Shown here piece after piece: positions 1 to 13,999 of a stretch of 64,000 nucleotides of DNA (within the stretch, counting starts at the first letter, position 1; the number at the start of each line of letters is the position of its first letter). This DNA is from Podarcis liolepis (lineage: Eukaryota). The position numbers were made by a program, and so were the translations under genes. Below the pieces are notes generated by a model. The model did not search any database and was not told the origin of the DNA. It saw nothing but the letters and a program-made list of their open reading frames with translations. Location of the stretch: assembly GCA_965112155.1 (NCBI GenBank), contig OZ218109.1. One strand, written 5' to 3'.

Positions 1-1376
1 TTACGATTTCACAGAGAGCTAACATTAAAAGCCACTTGCAAAAGGCAAGTCCTATAATTTGAACTTGTAATACCTTGTTGGCTGGGCCTCTGGGTAAGAG
101 AGGAGAGACTGTATGGGAAAGTGGGAAGTACACTGGCTTCCCATTCCAGGAATAAAAGGTTCCTTTCCCAGAGGAAAGGAAAAGGCTTTTATTGAACTCT
201 GTTGCAGTCCCTTAACACATTTGTGGCTGCATTCCCGCCAAAAGAAATGTGCCCACAATCATTTGCAACATCACAAAAATAGGGTGTACTTGGCTTCTGA
301 ATCACTACTCGGGTTTTTAGCCTTTGGGTTATTTTACATATGTAGCTGCTTCTCCAAGTTATGGAGATGTCTAGGAGCATTTTCCTCCAACTTCTCTTGG
401 TTGGATGACTCAACCCTATTTTCATCACTTAGAGTGGGGGTAGCCATCATAGAGCTTTCCAGGTATTGTTGGACTCCAACTTCTATCTGCCCTGCTCAGC
501 ATGGCCAATAGTCAAGGATAATGAGAGCTGTAGTCTATCAATGTCAAGGGGGCACAAGGCTGGCTATCCCTGACCTAAGGCTAGACTGGGAATGGGGAAC
601 TTGTGGCCCTCAGTATGTTAGAATCTAATTACATTTGGCGGGCCACAGAATATCCCAACTAGACAGATATAATACAAGATATAATACATAGATACATATG
701 AGGCTTACATATGAGGCTTACCTGGAAGATAATTGAAAACCTTAGCTTATACAAACTTTGATGGTTGCTTGCTTTGATTGGAGCATCATGCTGAGAGTCC
801 ATGGATTTGTCTAATCCTTTTAAAAATCCTCCTTTGCACCAAACTAGATGACATAAAATGACTAGTTGCAAATGTAAGATTTGGGGGAATGATTTCTTTA
901 AGGACCACAGGAAGGGAGGAGAGATTAAACTCCCTGCTCACTGCCTCCCGTGATCCTAATAATATCAGACATCTTCCCATGGCTGCTATTTACATTTAAA
1001 ACAGGTGCATTTAATGCAAAGGTGTAGTTAGCATCTTTGTATTTGCATGTCTAGATTGACTCTAATCCCAGGATATAACCCAATGCCAGTTGAGAAAATA
1101 GATGGAATTGAAAATCCTGAACAGCCAAAATGGTGTGTTTTCTTTCAACCAGTGTTGAATATTCAGTGTTCTGAATTTTTTTTGATAGATGTTGTTTAGT
1201 TTGGTCTTTTACCATTATTTATGCAAGTTATGTTACATACATTGAACACAATGTAGTACCTTTTTATTTTAGATTGTGCTACAGTTCCTGCTTTAATTTG
1301 ACTCTAAGCCAGGGGGCATCCATGCATCTTGGGGCGGCTAATTCCTTTAATTGTGCATTGTTTGAAGTACTGGGTT

Positions 1377-1905
1377 TTGTCTGTTCTGAATCTATTGCTA
1401 TTAACTTCATTGGGGGATATATAGTTTTCTAAACTAAAAAGCCTTAAACTTTGGCCTTTCCTCGTGGGAAAGTTATTCCAATCTCTTGATAATTTTGGCT
1501 GCCCTTTTCCAGCTCTTTCATTGTTCTTTTTGAGATGAAGCAACCAGAATTATATTCCAGATAGAGCCATTATGGTTTCAGTTGCTTTCCTAGTTACTTC
1601 TGGCATAAAACTAGATTATTATTTTTTATAAATAAAAATCATAGTTAAAGTTCTCTACTGTGATGACAGGGTCTCTGTTCTGGTTAGTCACTGCTAGTTC
1701 TTTCATCATTTTATATGTGAAGTTGGGATTTATTTATTTATTTATTGCTCCAATATGCAACTTAGACATTGGGTAACAAATTAGTAAGTAAGATTGAGCC
1801 ACCTAATTTTTAGACATCTGGTTGGGGATCTTCACAGTCTGTTTGGGATTTCACCACCTTACATAATTGGGTGTTATCCTCAAATTTGGTCACCTTGCTG
1901 CTCTG
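1377..1905 (-). mobile_element. Degraded CR1 LINE ORF2 fragment
   Basis: Minus strand 1851-1899 reads SKVTKFEDNTQLCKVV, a decayed form of the CR1 RT motif KFADDTKL. CR1-like 3' sequence continues toward 1377. Boundaries are approximate. Confidence 0.65.
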
Positions 1906-2832
1906 TTTTGAAGTCCATGTAACAAATAACTGAATAACATAACAACATTTTATTAATAAACATCTGACAAGACCACCAGCATTTTCTCTTTTATCTGCTA
2001 TTTATCATTTTTCTATCCTAACATAACATAAAATAAAATGTAACAACAGCTAAAGCTGGCCATTTTGAGTGATAAAGAAAAGTAGGAGAGAATATTTGTA
2101 TTAATTAGCAAGAAAATATCAGTCTAAAGTGATTTTATAACATATGTTTGGCCAATAGGACTATGCAAATCAGAGGGACGTGTGACATACTTTCTGGTGA
2201 TTCCCCGGAATCCATCAGTGGCAGAAATGTTAAAAATCTAGAAAAATATTTTTGGATCAGCTGTAGCTTTAGCCAGCTCCCAAGTTGCTGCTGGGAGAGT
2301 TCCAAAGAGAAGCAGCAATGCAGCCAAAAAGAAATAGGAATGGAGAATGCTTCATCCTTTAAGGAGAAATAATTTTTCAAAAGTGTAATATGCACATTTT
2401 TCAATAGACAGCTACTGATAATATAGAAATCCCAGTTCTTTGATCATGGCTCACTTTTCTTCTCTTAGATATTGTAAACATGGGTTCACCTGAAGGCTAA
2501 GCAAAGTCCAACCTTGTTATCATTAATAATTGACAGTGAATATGGGCATTGAAAAACTCACTTCTGTGATTCCTCTGAGAACAAAAAGATAAAAGATACT
2601 TTTAAAAAAAGTTTATTTATGTTGTTCTTGGGTGGGGCTGCCAGTGGTTTCCCATTCAAGGGATGGATCAGATTAATTAATACTTGCTTAACTTCTTCAG
2701 TGCTGCAGCATCAAACATTTCTGGGACCTCCAATTTGAATAGAACACTTCCTACTTCCAAAGATGTACATTCATTTGCTCTCTGGTTGTTGCCTTCAAAG
2801 AATTAGATTGTAACCCTGGAAAGATACTTATA

Positions 2833-3074
2833 CAGTCGTACCTTGATGGACGACCACCTTGTGAGTCAAACATTTTGGCTCCCGAATGCCGCAAACCTGG
2901 AAGTGAGGGTTCTGGTTTGCGAACGTTCTTTGGGACCCAAATGTCCGGTGTGGCTTCTGATTGGCTGCAGGAGCTTCCTGCAGCCAATCAGAAGCTGCAC
3001 CTTAGTTTCTGAACGTTTTGGAAGTCAAACTGACTTCTGGAACAGATTCCATTCAAGCTTCCAAGGTACGACTG
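2833..3074. mobile_element. Tc1/mariner (Tigger-like) MITE
   Basis: TA flanks on both sides. TIRs CAGTCGTACCTTG / CAAGGTACGACTG. Internal 20-bp-arm palindrome at 2953-2995. Confidence 0.85.
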
Positions 3075-3946
3075 TATCAGGGAGTGAAACTGCAGCTGAC
3101 TTTATGCGTGGGCATAACAAGATACAGGGAGGTACAAGGACAATTTATTTATTCATTTACGACATGTATAATTCTAGCCAAAAAAGGCTGTCAGAGTAGC
3201 TTATGTATCTTTACATATCTATATCTAGTGCACCACACCATATTTAAGATACAGACCTCTTCATTTGGTCTGTGTTTTGAGTTATAAGTATGTGGTTCTC
3301 ATGTTTATGTTCTCTTAATTTATAGTTGACATTCTTGTTAACAAAATTTTCTTAACCACAATGTTTTAAAATAGCTACTACTTTGTGGAACATGTTTGCT
3401 GTGCAGATGGCACAATGTCGTTAGAAGTTATCTTCAAACAGAAATCTAATTCAGCTGCCAATTGTGGCATGAGGCTGCAATACTGTACCTAGCTTTCTGG
3501 GAATAAGTAACAGTCATATCCATGGAACTTACATTTGAGTCAACTTTTGATATGTTTGCATGGTACGTGTGGTGTCTGTTCTCTGTTTTAACATCTAACA
3601 AGGGGCTGAAGAACTGGAAATTGTAAAATCTGTGTGGTGGAATTCTGTATTTTACGTGTACATGTTTTTTAATTGTTGTGTTTTACACACACATCCCTTT
3701 CTGAATGTGATGCAAGAGGCACATCACCTTTTATGTTCTTTGAGGAGTTGGCTGTGTCTGCCATTGGTGTGTGACAAATTGCCATTTAAGGGGGGGGGGA
3801 AATCACCCTGTTTCAAATAGGAATGTTTAAGCACAAAGTTGCTGGATTGAAAATTGTACAAAAATTGTGCATTGTTTTTGAAAGTGAGATACTAGTTAAA
3901 ATAATTATAACTACTTTTAAGCTGTAGTAAACTTCTACACACAGAC

Positions 3947-3951
<5 letters not shown>

Positions 3952-3982
<31 letters not shown>
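3952..3982. repeat. (GA)n microsatellite
   Basis: Read directly from the sequence. Confidence 0.95.
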
Positions 3983-3986
<4 letters not shown>

Positions 3987-6961
3987 TTCAACACATTGTT
4001 TAGCATTTGGATTGTTTAATTAATTTGGATTAATGTTTATAGTATTGCACCCTTGTTCTGCAGTTATGGCCACTTTACAAAACCAGTAGCTCTTAGTTTC
4101 ACAGATAAAGGAAGTTGCAGACAAGTATATATCACCTCCTTCTCTCTCACACACATAATGCATTGCAGCCATGGGTTCACATTTGCTCCTCGTTTTCTAA
4201 TGATTACTGCTAATGACCAAACATAAATAGCATTGCGATGTGAAGCCAATTGTAGATTTCATTGAAATGGAGATTGTAGAAGTAATCTGCTGTAGCCTAG
4301 AATAAAGGATAACATAATGGGTGTGCTTCAGGCTGCTGTTGAAAGCACCTTTGTGTGCAAGTTTCAAGGTTAAAAAGTCAACTAGAATTCATTTCTAGCT
4401 TTGATGCTATGTCAATAATAGTGTGTATGGAAGGAATCAGTGTACTCCAAGAGGGAAGAAGTCTTCAAGCAAATTCATTTTTTTAAAACTAAAAACAACA
4501 AAAATATGGTTTTACTAAAGATCTCTTGAGGGACCTCGGGCTTTAAAGGAGCTAAGGTTTAGTAATGTTCTGTGTACAGTGCATGTATAAAAATAGGTTT
4601 ATTGCTAAAGCGTCATGTTCTCATCTCAAATGGAAGAGATTAATTCAGCTTTCGAAATGTCCTGAAGAGTGTACAAGTTCTAAGAAACTTGAGCTTGAAG
4701 TGCGCAACAAAACCTCATCCAATTTTGGACATTCTTTCTGCAGTAGCTGAGCAGGGAGTTTGGCTCAAAAAGGGGCAGGGAAATTTATCTTGGAGGAAGG
4801 GTGACTTGTTTGGCTTTAAAGTGAATTTCCTCTACCCACTAAGGGGACCTCTTCCTATAAGCAAAGTCATCAAAACCTTTCCTTACTTACTGAACAAAAA
4901 AGTACACTTGAATGAAGTCTCTGAAATTTCAAATAATAGTTGCTTTATTGTCTTGTGTGAGGAACAAAGAAGTCAAAGTATAAAGTTGCTTTCAGAAATA
5001 TCAAAAAAGGAAAGGAAAAGAAACTGTGCGAGGAGTAAGGGGGGTTTATAGCCCATATTTAAACTATTCTGTTCAAATGGGCAAAAGTATAATGCCTTTC
5101 TGCATTCTAGTACTTTCCTATTAATTTGGATCTTGAAATATATTCTTTGTCTGCATCTACTGTTGGTAAGTAAAGCAAATATATTGAAGCAGAACGCAGA
5201 ATCAAATAGTAATAAAACTAAATATGCATTTTGCATATTGAAACATGGTACAGTACTAAAGTTAATAATTCTTAGTTAATGTTGAAAGTGAAAGGTTAGT
5301 ACAATTATTTTACTGACCTTTTAACCGTGGCTAACTAGAATTTCAAAGTCGTTTCATACCCTAGCTTCAAATCAAGATTAATAGTAAACCTTGGTTAGAA
5401 TTAACTGTGGTTAAGTTTTGTGCTACCATAAGTTTTAATTATGGTATAGTCTGGTGAAGATTTGGAGGGAGTAGTGGGGAAGGGAGTCAGTGATGCTACG
5501 CCTCCTCACAGATCCTTAACCCAGAGTCTGCAAACTTTGACTTGCTAAATTACCAGGGTTTATTTATGACTCCTCCTTTTCTCCAAGTCCTGTGGCTTGA
5601 TGTCTGCTGCAAGTGGAGAGTTATTTTTTCTGTCTTAATGATGGGTTTTTGTAGATTGCAACACAGTGCAAGGAGTTCCATCACCTGGAGCTGAGAGCAT
5701 TCAGATTTCAAGAATACATCAAGAACAAGGATATACTGATCCATATCAGCAATGTATCTACAAAAGTATATACAAACAGGCAGGAAGGCACGAGACCTGT
5801 GACTTCACTAAAAGGCATACAAGGTTTTAAACTGAGCAGAGGGAAAATCTGTTGTCAGAATATGTCAGTGGAGAGAGACAAGGTAGCTCACTAGTTGAGC
5901 AGACAAATTTTGAAAGATGCCAGTAGATGCTTCACTTGAGGTTGTTGCTTTGGGGATCCTGACTTATATTTGCTTCAGGAAAATGACCCATACTTTTCTT
6001 CTCAATGTCTGGAGGTCTTTAGGCTGAGGATGAAAATGCTTAGCTAGCAACAAAAAGGATAGAATGTGCTGGTATATGCCTCCCCTCCTTCCAGATGTTA
6101 TCTAGGGTTGTCTTGAAGATATTGGAGCAGCAAGTGGAAGAAGTCCTCATGGTACCTGGTTAATCCAGAAAGTTCAGAATACCAGTTCAACAACCTTGAA
6201 AGCTACCATTCCCTCCAGAGATTTTGATTCAAGCTTCAGTTGTGTTGCTTCTCTCTTTACATTACTGCAGAAATACGGCCCTTCCTTTGTTTCCTAAAGG
6301 TCTACTCCATACTAGTTCAGGGATTGCCAACCTGATGCTCACAGGTGTCATGGCATTGTCCCCACTGGTGGCAGCCAGCTGAATACATTAAGGATGAAAT
6401 CTTATGCATATATACCTGAGATTAGGCTCCATTGAAAACAGTAGGACTTACTTATAAGTAAACATGCATAGGATTGCACTCTTAAGATTGTCTTTATAAG
6501 GAAAAAAATTGGGGTTATACAATGAAATTTTGCTTCAGACAGGTAAAGGGAGTACTGTTTCATACAATTGATAATGAATTAATAGATATTGTTGCCTTAA
6601 GGTGTGGTGATGGCTACATTTTTGACTTGGCTTAAAAAAGGCTGGGGCATATGGATTGAAAGAAAAGACGTAAATGATAAGGAAGGAAATATGTGAGAAA
6701 TATAAGTCCAGAAAACCTAAAAGAGGGAAAGGAATAGCAAATGTTTAACTTTTCTGTGGGTTTGTCTACATACTCAACATTTTTTCCATCTGACTTCATA
6801 CTCTCAGTGCTTCACTAGAAGCTGATGATGAATTATATCTACATGTTCACTGCTAAATGCTTCCGTAAGTTTGTTTCTTTGCAAATGTTTAACTTGCCAA
6901 CTTATGTTGTCAGACTCTACTTCTACTGCTAAGTAAACTTCTTTCTTCCATTATCTCCTAG

Positions 6962-7039
6962 ATCCATGAAAAACTGCATTACTATGAAAAACAGAGCCCT
7001 GTGCCCATGTTGCATGGCGCATCAGCCTTGGCAGATGAT
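6962..7039 (+). CDS. MPP7: MPP7 coding exon (L27 region), [26 protein letters not shown]
   Basis: Acceptor ctcctag, donor GAT|gtaagt. 78 nt, phase 0/0. Translation closely matches recalled vertebrate MPP7 ([19 protein letters not shown]...). The upstream coding exon(s) are outside the window. Confidence 0.96.
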
Positions 7040-8081
7040 GTAAGTGTCCCTGATGAGACCATTGGCACCATATTTCCCCAAACTGTCTGAAAGCAGAGTA
7101 TAGAATCAGTATATGAATGGGACCGTGTGAGCTGGGTGTGCAAAGGTTTCCAGCGATTTGTCATCACAGGATTGCTAATGTTGTTTTGATTTTTATTAGA
7201 CATGTTTCTTTTATAATAACACAGCATCTAGATAGACTCTTGTTCAGCCTTGGTACCACAAAAGAAAAATGGCAGGTTAGAAGTCTACAGTGAAGGTGAA
7301 GCTGTTAGCTTCTGGTGTGTTATGAGAGTCATAGTCAAGAGGAATGTTTTCTAAAAATAAAGATAAATGATATAGCTGAAGTGCTGACAGAATAAGAAAA
7401 ATGACTGATAATACTAAAAGAAATGAGGCTTATGAAAGATATAGGAAGGGGTTGTCAGAAAATAGCTGTTTAAAAAAGAAGCAGAGATTTATACATATTA
7501 AAGCTTTCCAAATTACTTTCATAACTAAAAACTAAAATCTAGACGGGTTGGCATTGATAGAGTATTTAATTTCCTGCTACTATAATTTTTATTAATAAAA
7601 ATCAAGCCTGCCTTTTCTGCATTATATGGTGAATTCTACAACCCTGATGAATTGTGTGCACACCTGTATAAACTATGACAGAGCTTGAGGTAGGCAGAAT
7701 AAAAAATAAGTTAAACTGATTTAAGTGAAACTCATGCATGCTTGACACAGTGGGAGCACACTCAAGGGCAATATTTGGTACAGTACAGTTTTTTTGTAAA
7801 CAATCTATAGAGAATACATTGATGGTCTGTGTGGTTGCCCATTGTAATTTCTTGTAGGTAACGGCACTCTAAAAATTTATTTGACCATAATCATACACAG
7901 AATTGCTTCAGGCCAGTAAAGATATAGACACAATTTTGCAGATTCACTTTCACTGTTGCTGGATGTTCCATCATTGTGAGGTGTTGCAAAATTCAGAACA
8001 AGAATGTTTCAAACTGAGAGACTCTCTCCCGAGAACTTAAAATATACCCTGTAATTTGTCCTTGTTTCCTTTATTCAAAAG

Positions 8082-8217
8082 CACGGATGGAGAACCTGTA
8101 GACCTCCAGATGATTTTAGAATCCAACTCCCATCACCCCCAGCCAGCATGACTAGTGGTCAGGAATGAAGGGAATCATAGCCTAGCAACATCTGGAGGGT
8201 TAGATTCCTCATCTCTG
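8082..8217. mobile_element. Degenerate short hAT-type MITE (ctccagatg...aactcccatca...catctggag family)
   Basis: Internal inverted repeat ctccagatg / catctggag. Similar to the copy at 35855. Confidence 0.6.
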
Positions 8218-8973
8218 TTCTAATCCTGTAGCAGGCATAACATGTTAACATGTTAAACTAATTTTCAGATGAGTTGAGTAATCCTGGCATTTGATTAACC
8301 TGTCGTATTTTCAGGGTAGTGTGATACAGCCCATATATGATTCGGTTTCTTATTGAAGGTGATCTTTCAGCCTTTAGAATGCTTTTATATCTGGTAGGCT
8401 ATATCTGGTAGGTTATATCTGGTAACCTAATACAAGCCATTAGCTTGTCTGACATTTAACAAGCTACTTGTCCTGTGTATGTAAACATGATAAAGTTGAG
8501 AACACTAGCACTATATGGGCACTCTGCTTCCTTATCCCAGCCCTAAACAGAATAGCTACTGTGGCGATTTGGAAGCAATGTGGATTTCTCCACTTCATTC
8601 AGAAGCTGTTTTTTATAGACAGTGTCAATGGTTGATCCAGTCATTTTTACAAGCAGCCCTTTGTCTGCACGCAAAGGACCATTCACTCAGATGAAGTGCA
8701 GGGATTTGCCCCCATTGCTATAAATCAGAATGTGATCTGGGTGTGCTGGTGCCAGATATGATTACTTTAGTCAAACTCAGTTGAAAGACCTGAGCAGAAT
8801 TTAGCATAAGGGCCAGAAAATGAAGAGTAATGATTGATAGTCTGTTTTTCTTCATGCTGAACACACTGGAAAGTAATAACCTTGAACAGGATTGATTCCT
8901 GGTTGTCACTGACACGCTGAGTAAAACAATGCTCTTGCTAATGTTCTTTGTGTCACTTCAATCCCCTTTGCAG

Positions 8974-9054
8974 CTGGCTGAGGAGCTGCAGAGCAAACCA
9001 CTAAACAGTGAGATCAGAGAATTGTTGAAACTACTGTCAAAACCCAATCTCAAG
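8974..9054 (+). CDS. MPP7: MPP7 coding exon (L27C), [27 protein letters not shown]
   Basis: Acceptor cctttgcag, donor AAG|gtgagg. 81 nt, phase 0/0. Confidence 0.96.
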
Positions 9055-9746
9055 GTGAGGATGTGTTGCTTGCACCTGTTGAAATGAACACATGGTTGCT
9101 TCGCTCAGCTTTCAAAGTCTGCTAAGGATTTTCCTGTATATTTATTGAGTCCATGTGGATATGCAAAATTGCAGGATTTCCTTAAGTAGTTTAAAAAGCG
9201 CTCTATCACACATTATGGTTAGTTATTGATATTTGCAAAACACTTGTAGTGTATGAGTGCAATTGGATATTCTGGTGGGAAAAAAGTCTGTGTTGCTTCA
9301 TCAGCAGATAATCATACCTTGCATCTAAGCAAGCCTTTGGGGGAGTGCTAAGTCGAAGCAACTTCACATTTTTTGTTGCATGACAAATATGCCAATAAGA
9401 AATAACCTGACAAATAAAACTTTTATTATGAGTATTTTGCTTGTTACCATTGTCTGCAAGACGCAGGTAGCAGCAGACTACATAGTTGCAGGGAGCCTCC
9501 ACTTGCTTGTATTTGTAGCTAATTCCATTAAGACACATTTTGCGCTTGTTACTCTCTGTTCTGCTTTTTTTCTGTAGGAGTGCAGAAACAAGGAGTGCTG
9601 GCAAACCACTGTGGCATTCTTGGGAGAAAAAGTAAAATGGCATAAACAGTTGTACAGATCTAACATTGCCTGAATATGAAGGCAAGACATATGCTGCATA
9701 TAATACCTTAAGGCAGTCTCTCTTCCATACAGTTTTCTATCATAAT

Positions 9747-9748
<2 letters not shown>

Positions 9749-9787
<39 letters not shown>
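9749..9787. repeat. (AC)n microsatellite
   Basis: Read directly from the sequence. Confidence 0.95.
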
Positions 9788-9790
<3 letters not shown>

Positions 9791-12667
9791 CCCCCAACAA
9801 CTGGGGAAACAGCCAAGTTCTTCCATTCAATAAATTTATACTGATTAAAGATATACCTCTGTTAAATTTCAGTGTAAATTGTGCCAAGTTTAATTTTGTT
9901 TTAAAGCAAATTCCTTCTCAGTTACCACTCTGAATAGATTTAATGAACATTTTAATAAAGCACCAAAGCTACTTTGCATATCAAATTCCATATATTCCTC
10001 AAAGGACTGTGTGCTGATATTACTTGCACCTGCCATTTCTAAGAATGGGGCAGCTCTTACAACCACTGCAGTCGCAGAGATAGCTGCTGCAGGCTGTATC
10101 CCAGTAGAAGCTGGTTTACACAGAAGCCATTCCATACAATCCTGTGCATGCTTCCACTGAAAGAAAATGCAGTTGTTTTGCATGTATGAGGCAGCCAGAA
10201 GCTGAACTGAGTCTCCTCCTTCAAGAATTGTCACAATAGGGTCAGCAGAGACACACAGAGGTGTATTTGGCAGCTATGGCTTAGTGTAGAACTCTTTGTT
10301 GTTTGGAGCCAGACAGTAAGACTTTTGGCTTTTGATAGGTAGAAATAGAGAGGGTACAGTTCTATTGCCTCTTTAAATTGTAATTATTTATCCTGAAATC
10401 ACTTGCTAGGAGTTGCAAATAAACATATTTTCAAAGGCCCTTTATACTCTTGCAACTCACCACTCTGGGAAATTTATCTAAATTAATTGCCTGAATATCT
10501 TAAACAGTGTTTGGGGTGGAAGCACGTTAATTGGGCAAATTGTTGGGAAATGTATTGGGGGGGTATTTTTGTATCCCCTAAGTGAATCCTGGGTAATCAA
10601 TATGAACTGGGATTAAAATTCCAAATAAACCATACCTTCACAGAACGACATCTAAGCCAAAGAATCTAGTGGATTTCAAAATACATGCCATCCTTTGCTG
10701 GATGAGCTTCATGGTTAATTACAAGTTTTTGCTCCAAGCCAGGAAAATACTATTACACTATTGGCTTGTCTCCCCCTCAGTGGTTTCTTTTTGGCTTCAG
10801 TGGATTCATAAGAAACTTTGGGTAGATTATTATAAGCATTAATTACAGGCCAAAGCAGAATGTTCCATGACATATTTGTTAATCATACCCTTATTTGAAA
10901 CAAAGATATTACACTTTCATAGGAAGCAACTAAAATAGAAACATTATTCGTGTAAAATACACTTTGGCTGTACTGCTTAATACCAAAGAAGCCTATGGCC
11001 CTGATGCAGTAGTTGGCAAGGATAGAAGTGATCACAGTTTAACCTGCTGCAAAACCAATTATTTGTGGTTGCTGAGCTCATACGCAAAGTCTATTGAAAT
11101 GCTTGTGGATTTCTGGATCTGGATGTTAATGAGGCTGGTGCATACCTGCCTGGAGGTTGTCACAAGTGTCGATAAAGTGGAAGTTGCATTGGTCTTCCCA
11201 GGATCAGTGGTCTGCTAGTGGGAGAACTGCTACTGCCTTTGATTAGCTTTGCACTTCAGCTCCTTAAGTGTTCTACCATTATATATAAAAAGATGTTGTA
11301 TGAAATGACGTACACTGTTTTGACCTGTCTCAGTTTGGTATATGAATTGCCTTTTGTGGAGTAAAACATAAGCTTCTTATGTCATATTTATTTATACATA
11401 AATAACTGGGTACTCATGGCGTGTCAGGTTGCTATGAGTGAATTTGAAAATCTGTGCACATAAATCAAGCAACAGATCTGTCTCTTGGAAAACTGTAAAG
11501 CCAGAAAACAACAAATCAAATATCTATCTCAGATCACTCAGGAAGGAAAAAGAAAATGACATAATTTTCCTCTTGGATATTTTATTTTAAGAAATTAACC
11601 CCCAACTATGTACAGATCATTTAGATGGAACAGCAAAAATGATGTTCCCTTTATTGCAACATTTATATCTGTTACAGATTCAGGTGTCCTTTTTATTTTA
11701 TATAATATCATAATTGCAGAAACAATTTGCATACAACCAGAGCAAAACAACCACAAGTAACCAAAATGCTTGTTTTCTCCTCGAAGCAATTTACAAGCCT
11801 GCAGAAATTGTCTCACTAGGGATCATGGCAACATATATGTCTGCTTCAGCTGTGAATGGCTCTACAATGTCATTATTTAGGGTTTGGTTTTGTTTTATAA
11901 AAAGGAACTTGATAATTAAAGGACAAAGGATTCTATCAGATGCAGTTGTCCCATTAGCACAATGGCCTCTACCTGTGCAACAGGGCTGCTCCCCCTTCCC
12001 CTTCAAATCTGAGAACCCTCAGAACAGCTTGGGGTTGGGGAGAAGAGAGAAAGAGGGGAAGTCTTACTGTACAGACAGAGGTCCTTCTGCTTCGGGGAGA
12101 ATTTCATTGGACACTACCCAAAGCACCTGATGTTTGAAAAACTCATTTTTATCCTTCTGAAAGAATGGAAAACTGAATTAGTAAAATGGTGGCAAGAGGT
12201 GCAGTCGGGAGGAATTTTAAACAGATGGCATGAAGTGTGAACTTTAAGAATAGCTAGACAGTCCAAAGTATATCCTCAGGTTAGTAGCCCTGAGCAGGAG
12301 GGAGCAGGAGTGTAAGAAGGCAAAAGTCACTACTTTTGTGTTGACTATCTCTGTATGACTAACAGTTCTGACTGGTGGATGTAAAACGTTCAAAATATTT
12401 TCAGGATGGGAAATCGCCTTTTTTGTTACAGGAAGTTACATGCAACAATAAAACTGAAATAGTTAAAGGAGAAAATAGCCTAATATGATTTCAAATAATA
12501 TATATACAAATATGCAGCTGAGTTACACTAGTGGCATTTTAATACCCCTAATCAGTATTCTTTTGACAGTATCAGGAGCAAGTAATAGCATTGGAGTGGA
12601 GTTATTGTGATCATCCTCACTTTGTAAACTTCTGAATTAGAATTAGGAACAGGCATTTTAAATGTTT

Positions 12668-12799
12668 CAGAGAATTGTAGATTTTGGAAGGGACAATAAG
12701 GGTCTTCTGGTCCAACCCCCTGCAGTGCTGGAATCTTTTGCCCAAAAGTGGGGCTTGAACCTATTACCATGAGATCAAGAGTCTCATGCTCTACCAACT
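12668..12799 (-). mobile_element. tRNA-Lys-derived SINE with CR1-type 3' tail
   Basis: The reverse complement reads gttggtagagcatgagactcttgatctc...ggttcaagcccc, followed by a CR1-like tail (ttggaccagaagaccc...cccttccaa). Homologous to the copies at 33679 and 37807. Confidence 0.75.
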
Positions 12800-13640
12800 A
12801 CATTATTCTTCTTTACAGATCTATGCATTGTGAAATGATAAATGATCAATGCTTTAATCTGAAAAATATTGTACCACATCTAGACATGGCAAGGTTTCTC
12901 AGTACTCATCTCCAGCTAGATCATGTCTAAGAATTTAGTTGAACATCAATATTTATATTTAGGTAGTATAGGAATTTGAATCATACCTCCTTTAAAGTTC
13001 TAAATATGGAACATGTTTATATTAATGAATCATACACATAGAATTGTAGCTAAAACAAAATAACTTTTCCAGAGCTGCCTGTGTGAATATGATCTTACTT
13101 TTAGATTGTGAAACTGGAAATGTAGAAGATTTTCCAATAGCATCCTCTGATGTAAAGACAAGTTGTAAGGTACACACAGTCTTTGTTCATGGAAAGAAAA
13201 TGAAAAGATTAAAGACTTCAGCTTGCATGGGATAACTTCCTCTTTATTCATGCCTAAGGAATTTACAATTGTATTATAGTTTTGCCAACTTTAATAAAAG
13301 GTGTCCTCCAAACCAAATGAAGGACAAGATGTAACAAATATTCTTTTGCTCTCTCCCTGCTATGTTCAAACAGTTTCAGGGTGTGTTTCCACTTTCTTTT
13401 CAAATTGGTGTAGCTTACTCCAGTAGTAACTTAAGCAGACAAGTACTTCACTACTGTACTGTTCACACTTCCAGTTAAGAAAGAAAGTACTGTCCATAGA
13501 CTGAGACAAGAACGTAGCACCAGACAAACGGTCAGATGTGAGCCCTGCAATAGTAATAGCAAAACTGCATTAGTGGTAAACTTCCATTTTATCAAGGTCC
13601 AATTGTGAATTGGGTTGTTTTTTAATATGATTTTTTTCAG

Positions 13641-13772
13641 GCTTTGCTTTCTGTGCATGATACTGTTGCCCAAAAGAACTACGACCCAGTGCTGCCTCCC
13701 ATGCCTGATGATATTGATGATGATGAAGACTCTGTGAAAATAATCAGGCTAGTGAAAAATAGAGAACCGCTG
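13641..13772 (+). CDS. MPP7: MPP7 coding exon (L27C to PDZ start), [44 protein letters not shown]
   Basis: Acceptor tttttttcag, donor CTG|gtaagt. 132 nt, phase 0/0. Confidence 0.97.
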
Positions 13773-13999
13773 GTAAGTTGTTTTTTTAAAAACCAATAAC
13801 AATAAAATCATACCTGACACTCAAAAATATGAGCCAGTGTCATTGCACAGTTGTGCACAAATTATGCACTAATAAGGGGGAGTTTGAAATAACATTTCTG
13901 TATGTTGGAGGAAAGGCTATGAGTGTCTCTTGGAGTGGGGTAGGAAATGTAGGAAAGTGATGAGGTGCTAATAAATATGAGTGGTGCACAAAATTTGTG

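Noticed and set aside
4063-4095. Possible cassette exon after the acceptor-like ttgttctgcag
   Set aside because: An in-frame TAG appears after 10 codons and no convincing donor follows.
8387-8425. 14-bp tandem triplication tatatctggtagg (and small duplications near 695, 31779 and 38823)
   Set aside because: Ordinary slippage duplications with no sign of function.
9206-9933. Long ORFs of 112-159 aa here, and similar ones at 23283-23777, 113-511 and 11714-12130
   Set aside because: No domain similarity or splice support. Several run through microsatellites. Consistent with chance ORFs in intronic DNA.
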